From NCBI GenBank assembly GCA_033763905.1, contig JANRJP010000126.1, positions 1-22,411 on the forward strand: a stretch of 22,411 nucleotides of DNA, read 5' to 3'. This DNA is from Gemmatimonadaceae bacterium (GTDB lineage: Bacteria > Gemmatimonadota > Gemmatimonadetes > Gemmatimonadales > Gemmatimonadaceae). Position numbers and translations under genes: made by a program. Below, in pieces: positions 7,602 through 19,478 of the stretch. Position 1 is the first letter of the stretch; every line of letters begins with the position of its first letter. The notes under the pieces were generated by a model. That model did not search any database. It saw only the letters and a program-made list of their open reading frames with translations, and had not been told where the DNA came from.

Positions 7602-7778
7602 ATGAACGAGAAGCAGCTGCAGGCCCTCCTCAAGAAGACGCAGGCGAAGGCGGCCCAGAAGGCCGCGAAGCCGAAGCCGGCGTACGACACCACGCTCGAA
7701 GCGACGCGCCCCAAGCAGACGGCCGACGACTCGGATGCCGCGGACATTTTCCGCGAGATGAAGAAGCGCGAGTTCTGA
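7602..7778 (+). CDS. Small (58 aa) Lys/Ala-rich hypothetical protein
   Basis: MNEKQLQALLKKTQAKAAQKAAKPKP...DIFREMKKREF. Codons are strongly GC3-biased (AAG, GCG, CCG) like the real genes here. Its stop is 6 nt before the next GTG. Confidence 0.7.
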   Translation: MNEKQLQALLKKTQAKAAQKAAKPKPAYDTTLEATRPKQTADDSDAADIFREMKKREF

Positions 7779-7784
7779 GCGCTC

Positions 7785-8348
7785 GTGTCGGCTGACCCGT
7801 CGGCGCTCGCCGCCCAGTTCCTCGAGCGGGCGCGGTACTTCCTGACGGTCGAGTACCGGACGAAGATCGCGCTGGTCCTCGAGCAGTTGCCCGCCGAGGC
7901 GATCTGGGCACGCCCTGCGCCCGGCTCGAACGCCATCGGCAACCTCCTGTTGCACTTGGCGGGCAACATCCGGCAGTGGATCGTCGCCGGCGTCGGCGGT
8001 GCGACGGACGTGCGACAGCGGTCGGCGGAGTTCACTGCGCGCGACGGCGCGAGCGCCCCTGAGCTGCTCGCGCATCTCGACGCCGCGCTCCGCGACGTCG
8101 ACGCGGTCTTGGCGGGCCTCTCGCCCCAGTCCCTGCTCGAATCCCGCCGCATCCAGTCGCGCGACGTGACCGTGCTCGCCGCGATCTTCCACGTGGTGGA
8201 ACACTTCGGCGGACACACCGGACAGATCATCCTGCTCGCCAAGATCCTCGCGCCCGGCACGGTGCGGTTCTACGAAGATGAGCCGACCGGACAGGCCAAG
8301 CCGCTGTGGCAGGACGCCCTGCGTCCGCTGCCGCCGGCGGCGCCGTGA
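7785..8348 (+). CDS. DinB/YfiT-family protein (DUF1572-like)
   Basis: Motifs NAIGNLLLHLAGNIRQW and HVVEHFGGHTGQII, matching the His triad of the DinB superfamily. Confidence 0.85.
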   Translation: MSADPSALAAQFLERARYFLTVEYRTKIALVLEQLPAEAIWARPAPGSNAIGNLLLHLAGNIRQWIVAGVGGATDVRQRSAEFTARDGASAPELLAHLDAALRDVDAVLAGLSPQSLLESRRIQSRDVTVLAAIFHVVEHFGGHTGQIILLAKILAPGTVRFYEDEPTGQAKPLWQDALRPLPPAAP

Positions 8349-8839
8349 TCGACCAGGCCGGCGGGCTCTTCAACTCGGCCGCCGACCCGCGCATCAGCGC
8401 GGTGTCGCACGTGATTCAGCTGGCCATCGCCCCGGTCTTCGTGCTCACCGCCGTGGGGACGCTGCTCAACGTGCTCGCCGGCCGGCTGGCCCGCATCGTG
8501 GACCGCACGCGCAAGCTCGAAGACAAGCTGGGCGACCTGGGCACCGCGGAACGGCCCAACGTCTCGCGCACCATCATTTCGCTCAACCAGCGCACCCACC
8601 TGGTGAACGTGGCCATCACCTGCTGCGTGCTCTGCGCGTTGCTCGTGTGCTGCTCGATCATCGCGCTATTCGTCGGCGCGGTGGCCGATCGCGATGTGTC
8701 GGCGGGCGTCGCGGCGCTGTTCATCGCCGCGTTGCTGTCGCTGACGACCGGCCTGATCTACTTCCTGCGCGAAGTGCTGCTGGCCACGGGCAACCTGCGG
8801 CGGCGGATGAACCTGAGCGACGGTACCTACAAGAGCTGA
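8345..8839 (+). CDS. DUF2721-like membrane protein
   Basis: GTGA overlap with the dinB stop. Motifs IQLAIAPVFVLTAVG, RLARIVDRTR and terminal FLREVLLA; 3 TM helices. Confidence 0.8.
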   Translation: MIDQAGGLFNSAADPRISAVSHVIQLAIAPVFVLTAVGTLLNVLAGRLARIVDRTRKLEDKLGDLGTAERPNVSRTIISLNQRTHLVNVAITCCVLCALLVCCSIIALFVGAVADRDVSAGVAALFIAALLSLTTGLIYFLREVLLATGNLRRRMNLSDGTYKS

Positions 8840-8870
8840 GCGCCGCCGCACGGGATCCGTGGGGCGGCGC
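8840..8870. terminator. Inverted repeat between convergent DUF2721 and puhC genes (possible bidirectional terminator; PGC boundary)
   Basis: GCGCCGCC-G-CACGG-gat-CCGTG-G-GGCGGCGC forms a 13-bp stem with one mismatch and fills most of the 37-nt gap between the two stop codons. No clear U-tract. Confidence 0.6.
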
Positions 8871-8876
8871 GAAGAC

Positions 8877-9476
8877 TCAGCGGTTCGGCGGAATGTCGCC
8901 CAGCCGCTTGACCGGCTTTTCGCCCTTCATCGGCGCCGTGAACGCCTTGCTCGCCGGCGTGCCCGCCGCGGGAATGCCCATAATGCGGCCGCTGGGATCG
9001 GGCACGAGGAACTGCATAAAGCTCTCGATCTGCACCGGGCCGAAGCTCGAGATTTCGATCTTGTCGCGCGTGCTCGGGTCGTCGAGCGTCAGGCGGCCAT
9101 CGCGCCACAGCGTGAGCACGAACGGCGCGTTGTCGGGCACACTCGCGAGCATCCGCTTGCGCGCGAGGGCGCGCAACGCGCCGCGGGCGAAGCCGTTGTA
9201 GCCGGCGGGCAGATTGATGATCAGTGAGTCGGTCGCGTTGTCATACACGAAGATGCCGCCGTCCTTGGCGTCTTCGAAGCGCAAGGCGCGACGCGCTTCG
9301 GGGACGCTCACCGGCTCGGGGATCTTGAAGTAGCCGGTGGAGCGCGCGGTCACCGCGAGCGTGAACGACAGCACCACCAATCCCAGCGCGCCCAGCAAGG
9401 GGCCGCGGGGGACTTCGATGCGCTCGTTCTGCCCCGGTTCCGGCTCGAACGTGACGTAGGTGTCCTGGTTGGCCAT
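8877..9476 (-). CDS. puhC: Photosynthetic complex assembly protein PuhC
   Basis: Start ATG 9476 overlaps the puhB stop (TGATG). N-terminal TM helix after PRGPLL; motifs LRFEDAKDGGIFV, GFARGALRALARKR, LTLDDPST and SFGP; follows puhB. Confidence 0.88.
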   Translation of the reverse strand: MANQDTYVTFEPEPGQNERIEVPRGPLLGALGLVVLSFTLAVTARSTGYFKIPEPVSVPEARRALRFEDAKDGGIFVYDNATDSLIINLPAGYNGFARGALRALARKRMLASVPDNAPFVLTLWRDGRLTLDDPSTRDKIEISSFGPVQIESFMQFLVPDPSGRIMGIPAAGTPASKAFTAPMKGEKPVKRLGDIPPNR

Positions 9477-10093
9477 CAGGCGGCGGCCTCGTTCGCGTTC
9501 CAGGCTTCGAGCGCCTGCTGCAGCGCCTTGGCCGGGGCGTCGATCGGACGAATCGCGCGGAACTGTGCCACGGGCCGATTGATTGCCCATGGCTTCCAGA
9601 ACGGCCAGAGCTGAAAGAGCGACAGCCGCGCGCTCTCGTCGATCGGGAACGCGAGTTCGCCGCTGCCGTCCAGGCGACGCCGCACGTTGGCGGCGGTGAT
9701 GACCTTGAGCGGAATGTTGATCGTCACCGTGAGCGCAATGCCGGTACGCATCACGACGCGCCGCGACGTGATGGCGAACCAGGTGTTGCGTTCAGTCAGC
9801 CACGCGAAGCTGAGCATGAAGCCGCTCACGAACATGCCCGCGATCGTCAGCGGCAGCAGCACATCGGCCGCCGCATCGAGCCCGCGCGTCGCGCCGATGT
9901 ACCAGCCCTGCGCCACGAAGAGCACCGCGAAGTACGCGGCGAAGATGTGCACGCGGAAGACGTCCTTCGCGAGCGTGAAGAACTCGGGGCCGCCTTGCCA
10001 CAGGATGCGTTCGCCCCGCGGCAGTGGATAGGGAATCCCGCGGATGTACTGCGCGTCGGGATCGTACGCTGGTGGTTGCGGTAGTTCGCTCAC
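9476..10093 (-). CDS. puhB: Photosynthetic complex assembly protein PuhB
   Basis: Motifs GIPYPLPRGERILWQGGP, two TM helices, ITSRRVVMRTGIAL..TINIP, GSGELA and LWPFWKPW; downstream of puhA. Confidence 0.9.
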   Translation of the reverse strand: MSELPQPPAYDPDAQYIRGIPYPLPRGERILWQGGPEFFTLAKDVFRVHIFAAYFAVLFVAQGWYIGATRGLDAAADVLLPLTIAGMFVSGFMLSFAWLTERNTWFAITSRRVVMRTGIALTVTINIPLKVITAANVRRRLDGSGELAFPIDESARLSLFQLWPFWKPWAINRPVAQFRAIRPIDAPAKALQQALEAWNANEAAA

Positions 10094-10118
10094 GGGCAGA
10101 AACCTAATCGGCCCGGGT

Positions 10119-10161
10119 GAACAAAGACGAGCGGGACACTCCCGTAGGAATGTCCCGCTCG
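10119..10161 (-). terminator. Intrinsic terminator-like hairpin between puhA(Hc) and puhB
   Basis: The minus strand reads CGAGCGGGACA-TTCC-TACG-GGAG-TGTCCCGCTCG-TCTTTGTTC: an 11-bp perfect outer stem plus a 4-bp inner stem (one G-U), a cUACGg (UNCG) tetraloop and a U-rich tail. Confidence 0.75.
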
Positions 10162-10210
10162 CTTCACGTGAGGCCGGCGACGGACTAGCCGTCCCGGTCC
10201 GAACCGGTGC

Positions 10211-10759
10211 TCAAATCAGGGGCTGATCGCGACCCGGTACGGCGTACATATGGCCGCCGGCGTAGAAGGCCGCGATGCGGTCTTCTTCGAGCAGCGTCAC
10301 CTGATCGGGATTCTTGATCGTCGGCACGTCGGGGAAGTGCTTCGACGTGATGCTCTTCACGAGCACGCGGTCGTTGCCCCAGAGCCCGAAATTCGGCCAC
10401 TGCACGAAGCCGACCGGCAGGAGACGCGTCTCTTCGCGACCCGCCAGCTTGACCTCGTAGTAGCGGATCTGCGGCTCGGCGCGGTCAACCCACACCTCGA
10501 CGATCGTGCCAGCGACTTCCTTGTCGGCGGCGATCACCGGCAGGCCGATCGGGTTCGGGTCACGCGGCTCGATCCAGAAGTTCTTCGCCACACGGAGCGG
10601 CACGATCTTCGGCGCGCCGTGCACCGTGACGTCGATCCGGTCGGGACGATCGGCCCAGGCGGCAGGTCCGATCCCGTCCTTCATCGGGTCGCCGAGCGGG
10701 ATGATCGGCGAGCCGTTGTAGTCGTCCGCCGGTACGGCGTTGAGCTTGTACTCCGCCAT
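10211..10759 (-). CDS. puhA: Reaction centre H subunit, cytoplasmic PRC-barrel part (Hc)
   Basis: GDPMKDGIGPAAWADR, PKIVPLR, DPNPIGLPVIAAD..VAGTIVEVWVDRAEPQIRYYEV and QVTLLEEDRIAAFYAGGHMYA match the C-terminal domain of RC-H. It has its own GGAGG RBS. Confidence 0.95.
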   Translation of the reverse strand: MAEYKLNAVPADDYNGSPIIPLGDPMKDGIGPAAWADRPDRIDVTVHGAPKIVPLRVAKNFWIEPRDPNPIGLPVIAADKEVAGTIVEVWVDRAEPQIRYYEVKLAGREETRLLPVGFVQWPNFGLWGNDRVLVKSITSKHFPDVPTIKNPDQVTLLEEDRIAAFYAGGHMYAVPGRDQPLI

Positions 10760-10950
10760 CAGTGCTGTCCTCCCGGTCCGTGCAGGTAGGTCTTCTTCTC
10801 AGGCGGCATCGGCCAGCCGTTGCGAGGCCCCTGGGGCGAATCGAGGGGATACCCCTCACGCTTGTCTTCGCGACGCAGATAGATGATCAGGCCCACGAAA
10901 AAGAGCCAGAAGGCATAGAGCACGATCTGCGTGCCATCGAAGTACGCCAT
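10759..10950 (-). CDS. puhA: Reaction centre H subunit, transmembrane N-terminal part (Ht), 63 aa
   Basis: [32 protein letters not shown] matches the RC-H TM helix plus the conserved REGYPL. GGAGG RBS upstream. Its stop overlaps the Hc start (TGATG). Confidence 0.95.
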   Translation of the reverse strand: MAYFDGTQIVLYAFWLFFVGLIIYLRREDKREGYPLDSPQGPRNGWPMPPEKKTYLHGPGGQH

Positions 10951-11008
10951 TACCCCTCCGTCCGAGTGTTCAAGAGATCCCGCTGTTCACTCCCGTGCCG
11001 CCGCTGCG

Positions 11009-12436
11009 TCACGCGAGGTACTCCGCCAAATCCAGCGGCTTGGGAGCCGCCGTGTCCGTTGCCGGCTTGCGCCGCAACAACGGAATCATCATCAGCACCG
11101 TGAGCGCCACCCCGACGATCTCGAGGTAGTACACCGCCAGATACGGCGTCGAGGCCGACCCCGACATACGCCCGGCATTCACCAAGTGTGCCACCCAATC
11201 GCGAATCGCGCCAGAGAGCGCGAGTCCGAAGCCCTCCCCGGTCGCGTACACCGCCCCCCAGGCGCCCAGCGCAATGCCGTGCTGGGTCTTGTCCCGGATG
11301 TCCATCGCCGCCGCCAGCGTCCCCACCGCAAAGAAGGCCTCGGCCATCCCCACCACCAGCGTGCCGGCCTGGAACACCAGCCGGTTGGCCGCCGGCGCCG
11401 CCACGATGATCAGCACGAAGCCCAGCGCCCCAGCCACCAGCCCCACCCAGGCCACGCGAATCGGGTCCCAGCGCCGCGCCAGCATTGGCGCCGCCGCCAC
11501 CAGCGCCGCAAGCGAGCCGATGCTGTACACGCCGGTGAGCCAGGTGGTCTGCGAGACCGACAACTTGAGGATCTCGCCGCCGTACGGCTCGAGAATCACG
11601 TCCTGCAGGTTGAGCGCGAACATTCCGACGAACGTGGCCGTGAGCACGCGCACCGCCTGCCCGCCATCGATGAATCGGAACCAGGCCTCCATAAAGAGCG
11701 GCCGACGCTCCCCCGGCAACCAACGCTTCCCCTTCTCGGGGACCTCCTGCTTCCAGAGCGCGATCAGATTGATCACGAGCGCGAACATCGCCGTGCTCTG
11801 AATGACCTTGATCAGCTTGATCGGCGTGTAGTCCACCAACAGCCCCGAGACGACGATCGAACACGCCGTCATCCCGACGAGAAGCATCAGGTACATCAGC
11901 GCCACGACCTTGGGCTTGATCTGCTCGTTCGACAGATCGGTCGCGAGCGCGAGTCCGGCGGTCTGCGTCACGTGCGCGCCAGCGCCGACCAGCAGGAAGG
12001 CCAGCCCACTGAAGATCCAGCCGATCCACGACGGCCCCCAGGTCTGGTCCCCCGACAGCAGCACCAGCGCGAAGGGCATAAACGACAGGCCGCTCCACTG
12101 GAGGGCGGTGCCTCCGAGGATGAACGGCGCCCGTTTCCAGCCGAGGATGCTGCGATGGGTGTCGGACTGAAAGCCGATCAGTGCGCGAAAGGGCGCCACC
12201 AGCACCGGAATGGCGATGAACACCGACACGATGGTCGCCGGCACCTTGAGCTCGACGATCATCACGCGGTTGAGGGTGCCGTAGAACAGGACCTGCGCGA
12301 GCCCGACCGTCACCTGGAACAGGGACAGCCGCAACAGGCGCGGGAACGACAGCCCCGCTTCCTCGAACTGGCGGATGGGCCCGAACTTCGTGTAGAACTG
12401 GGCCCACGCCGCTGCCGACGATTGCTGCTTTGCCAC
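11009..12436 (-). CDS. lhaA: LhaA (PucC/BCD-family MFS protein, LH1 assembly factor)
   Basis: RLLRLSLFQVTVG...GTLNRVMIVEL, APFRALIGFQSDTHRSILGWKRAPFI, QTAGLALATD, QDVILEPYGGEIL and GIALGAWGAVYAT; immediately upstream of puhA. Confidence 0.93.
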   Translation of the reverse strand: MAKQQSSAAAWAQFYTKFGPIRQFEEAGLSFPRLLRLSLFQVTVGLAQVLFYGTLNRVMIVELKVPATIVSVFIAIPVLVAPFRALIGFQSDTHRSILGWKRAPFILGGTALQWSGLSFMPFALVLLSGDQTWGPSWIGWIFSGLAFLLVGAGAHVTQTAGLALATDLSNEQIKPKVVALMYLMLLVGMTACSIVVSGLLVDYTPIKLIKVIQSTAMFALVINLIALWKQEVPEKGKRWLPGERRPLFMEAWFRFIDGGQAVRVLTATFVGMFALNLQDVILEPYGGEILKLSVSQTTWLTGVYSIGSLAALVAAAPMLARRWDPIRVAWVGLVAGALGFVLIIVAAPAANRLVFQAGTLVVGMAEAFFAVGTLAAAMDIRDKTQHGIALGAWGAVYATGEGFGLALSGAIRDWVAHLVNAGRMSGSASTPYLAVYYLEIVGVALTVLMMIPLLRRKPATDTAAPKPLDLAEYLA

Positions 12437-12440
12437 CGAC

Positions 12441-13544
12441 TCAGGCCGCGGACGGAGTGAGATTCGGCAGCCACTGCTCCGGCGTCATCCGGAACTCGGC
12501 CTTGAGCGGATTCGCCTTGCCCGGGACCAGATAGAGCCTGGCGAAGGTGATGCCGTTGTCGAGCATCCGCAACTTGGCCTTGAGGCCGTTGAGGAAGCCA
12601 CCCGCCTTGCGGTAGGCGCGCGCCGCCTCGTTGTTCTGGTGCATCCGCTCGAAGAGCTGCCAGATCTTCTCATTGGCGGTGTCGATCACCACCGGGAAGA
12701 CCTGCTTCGAAATGTCGTTCGTCATCGTGATCACGCGACGATCGAACTCGTCGACGTCCCAGCCCATCGCCTCGAAGAACGGCCGGCGGGCGTGGTCGCG
12801 AACGTACATCGTCGCGAACACGGCCAGCAGGAAGAACTTGATCCACAGCTTGTTGCGCCCTTCGAGCGTGTGCGGCTGCGAGCGCATCAGCACCGCGAAG
12901 GCTTCCCCGTGGCGGAACTCGTCCCAGCACCAGTTCTCGAACCACTGGAAGATGGGATGGAAGCGCTTGTCGGGATTCCGTTGCGCGAAGTTGTGATAGA
13001 TGTGGATGTAGCGCGCGTAGCCGATCTTCTCGGACAGGTACGTCGCGTAGTAGATGAACTTGGGCTCGAAGTAGGTGTACTTCTTGGCCTTCGTCAGGAA
13101 GCTCAGGTCCACCCCGACGTCGAAGTCGTTCAGGGTGTGGTTGATGAAGCCCGCGTGGCGACCTTCATCGCGCGACATGAAGCCGAACAGCTCGCGCATA
13201 TCCTTGTTCTTCACGCGCTTCTTGATCTCGGCGTACAGAATGCAGCCCGAGAACTCGGCCGTGACCGACGACACCAGGAAGTCGACGAACTCCCGCTTGA
13301 GCTCCGGCGGGTAGTGCGAGAAATCGGCGTCGAACTCGGCGTTGCGCTTGAAGTGATCCTTGTTCGGATCGGAGCGGAACTCGTCGATGAGCTCGTCCCA
13401 CTGCGTGCGCATCAGGCCGACGTCGACCTTGTCCATCGCCGCGAAGTCGGTCGTGTAGAAGCGCGGATTGAGAACGGCGTCTTCCTGCGCGGCCTTGGTG
13501 GTGTCGTTGACCTTGGCCGGTGCATCCAGCGTGCTCTGGTACAT
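12441..13544 (-). CDS. acsF: O2-dependent Mg-protoporphyrin IX monomethyl ester cyclase AcsF
   Basis: LNPRFYTTDF, TAEFSGCILY, RDEGRHAG, YATYLSEKIGYARY and DEFRHGE, including the two ExxH di-iron motifs. Confidence 0.98.
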   Translation of the reverse strand: MYQSTLDAPAKVNDTTKAAQEDAVLNPRFYTTDFAAMDKVDVGLMRTQWDELIDEFRSDPNKDHFKRNAEFDADFSHYPPELKREFVDFLVSSVTAEFSGCILYAEIKKRVKNKDMRELFGFMSRDEGRHAGFINHTLNDFDVGVDLSFLTKAKKYTYFEPKFIYYATYLSEKIGYARYIHIYHNFAQRNPDKRFHPIFQWFENWCWDEFRHGEAFAVLMRSQPHTLEGRNKLWIKFFLLAVFATMYVRDHARRPFFEAMGWDVDEFDRRVITMTNDISKQVFPVVIDTANEKIWQLFERMHQNNEAARAYRKAGGFLNGLKAKLRMLDNGITFARLYLVPGKANPLKAEFRMTPEQWLPNLTPSAA

Positions 13545-13549
13545 TCGGA

Positions 13550-13879
13550 TCAGCCCTCGAAGCCGACTTCGTAGAGCGCGGTGATTTCGCCCGTGCCGAG
13601 GACGCGCTGCAGAATGCGGCGCGGCCAGGAGGCGTGCGAGATCGTCGCGGTGGATTCCATCGAGTACTTCTCGCCGAACTTGAGCGTCGTCGGCGCCTTG
13701 TGCACGCGCACTTCGTCGCCTTCGTTGACTTCGACGCCGTCAGGCAGGTTCACGTGCGCATAGAAGGTGTCGTGCGACCGCTCGAGATCGAGCGTCACCG
13801 GCACGGTGCGCACGCGGCGCCAGGCCACCCACGCCCCCGCCACCACCAACAGCCCCAGGACCACGTAGAGAGTCGTCAT
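13550..13879 (-). CDS. bciE: BciE-like AcsF auxiliary protein with N-terminal transmembrane helix
   Basis: 109 aa, ending 5 nt upstream of the acsF ATG. The core VPVTLDL..S.DTFYAHV.L.DG..V..GDEVRVHKAP....FGE......TATIS.AS..RRILQR..G resembles, from recall, alphaproteobacterial BciE (HAHV...GDEVLVHGAP...FGE...ATITRAS), which also lies just upstream of acsF. Confidence 0.75.
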   Translation of the reverse strand: MTTLYVVLGLLVVAGAWVAWRRVRTVPVTLDLERSHDTFYAHVNLPDGVEVNEGDEVRVHKAPTTLKFGEKYSMESTATISHASWPRRILQRVLGTGEITALYEVGFEG

Positions 13880-13918
13880 AGCAGAAATCTGTGCCGTTCA
13901 GGTCAGGGAGCGAAGGGG

Positions 13919-14661
13919 TCAGCCCGCGACGGCGGGCGACCGCAGAATCTCGAGCGCCTGCGACGTGTAGAACCCGCGGCTCACGCGGCGGGTGCGCCCC
14001 ACGCGCCAGCCCATCCGGGACATCTCGGCGTCGCGCTCCACCCCCCACGACACCGCCCCCCGCGAAATCGGCTGAATGCGCGGCGCCCGGTCGCGACGGG
14101 GGAAGAACTTGCCCACCGCGTGCAATGTGCTCAGGAGCGGCGTGGCCGGCGCATAGGTAAACACCATCCCACGGTGCACGCGGGCACCGAAGGACCGGAG
14201 CGCCCCGCGCAGCTCGGGCTCGTCGTAGTGGATCAGCGAATCCATCGCCAAGGCGTAGTCGAACTCGCCCAGCGCGGGATCCAGCATATCGCCGGCAAAC
14301 CAGGTCACGCGGGACAGCGCCTCATCGTGCCCGTAGCGCTCCTTGGCCAAGTCCACGAGCGTGGGCGAGAGATCCACCGCCACCACCGTCGCCCCGCGAC
14401 GTGCCAGCTCAATCGCCGCCATCCCGGGGCCGCAGCCGGCGTCGAGCACCCGCATCCCGCTGAGGTCCGCCGGCAGCCAGCCCAGCAGCGTGCTCCGCAT
14501 CTGGTCGCGGCCTTCGCGCACGGTCTGGCGGATCTTGCTCACCTGCTGATCGCTGGTGAGCGCCTCCCACGCCTTCACCGCCGTGCGGTCGAAGTACTCG
14601 TGCAGCCACTGCCGGCGGCGTTGCCAGCCGGCGGATTCGTGAATCGTCAACGGGGCACTCA

Positions 14662-14662
<1 letters not shown>
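13919..14662 (-). CDS. bchM: Mg-protoporphyrin IX O-methyltransferase
   Basis: YFDRTAVKAWEALTSD..VSKIRQTVREGRD, SAM motif VLDAGCGPG, AMDSLIHY and GFYTSQALE. TGATG coupling to bchL. Confidence 0.97.
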
Positions 14663-19412
<4,750 letters not shown>

Positions 19413-19478
19413 AGTGCTGAGATCTGCTCCTGTGCGGTCGATCGGGTGGTACTTCGTGCGATGGTGCGGGACTGCGAC

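Noticed and set aside
10151..10168. Near match to a PpsR/CrtJ box (TGT-N12-ACG versus TGT-N12-ACA)
   Set aside because: It is imperfect, single, and part of the terminator stem. I found no perfect TGT-N12-ACA in the intergenic regions inspected; the bchF promoter, where such sites are expected, lies outside the window.
10755..10765. puhA as a frameshifted pseudogene
   Set aside because: The clean TGATG coupling, a dedicated GGAGG RBS for the second ORF, intact motifs in both halves and the known split H subunit in Gemmatimonas all argue for two real genes.
10950..12407. 485-aa alternative-frame ORF on the minus strand ending at the puhA start
   Set aside because: It is a same-strand off-frame shadow of lhaA, Gly/Arg/Ala-rich with no recognisable domain.
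14036..14062. Possible G-quadruplex on the minus strand in bchM (two G6 runs)
   Set aside because: Only two long G tracts, explained by Arg-Gly-Ala and Trp-Gly-Val codons.
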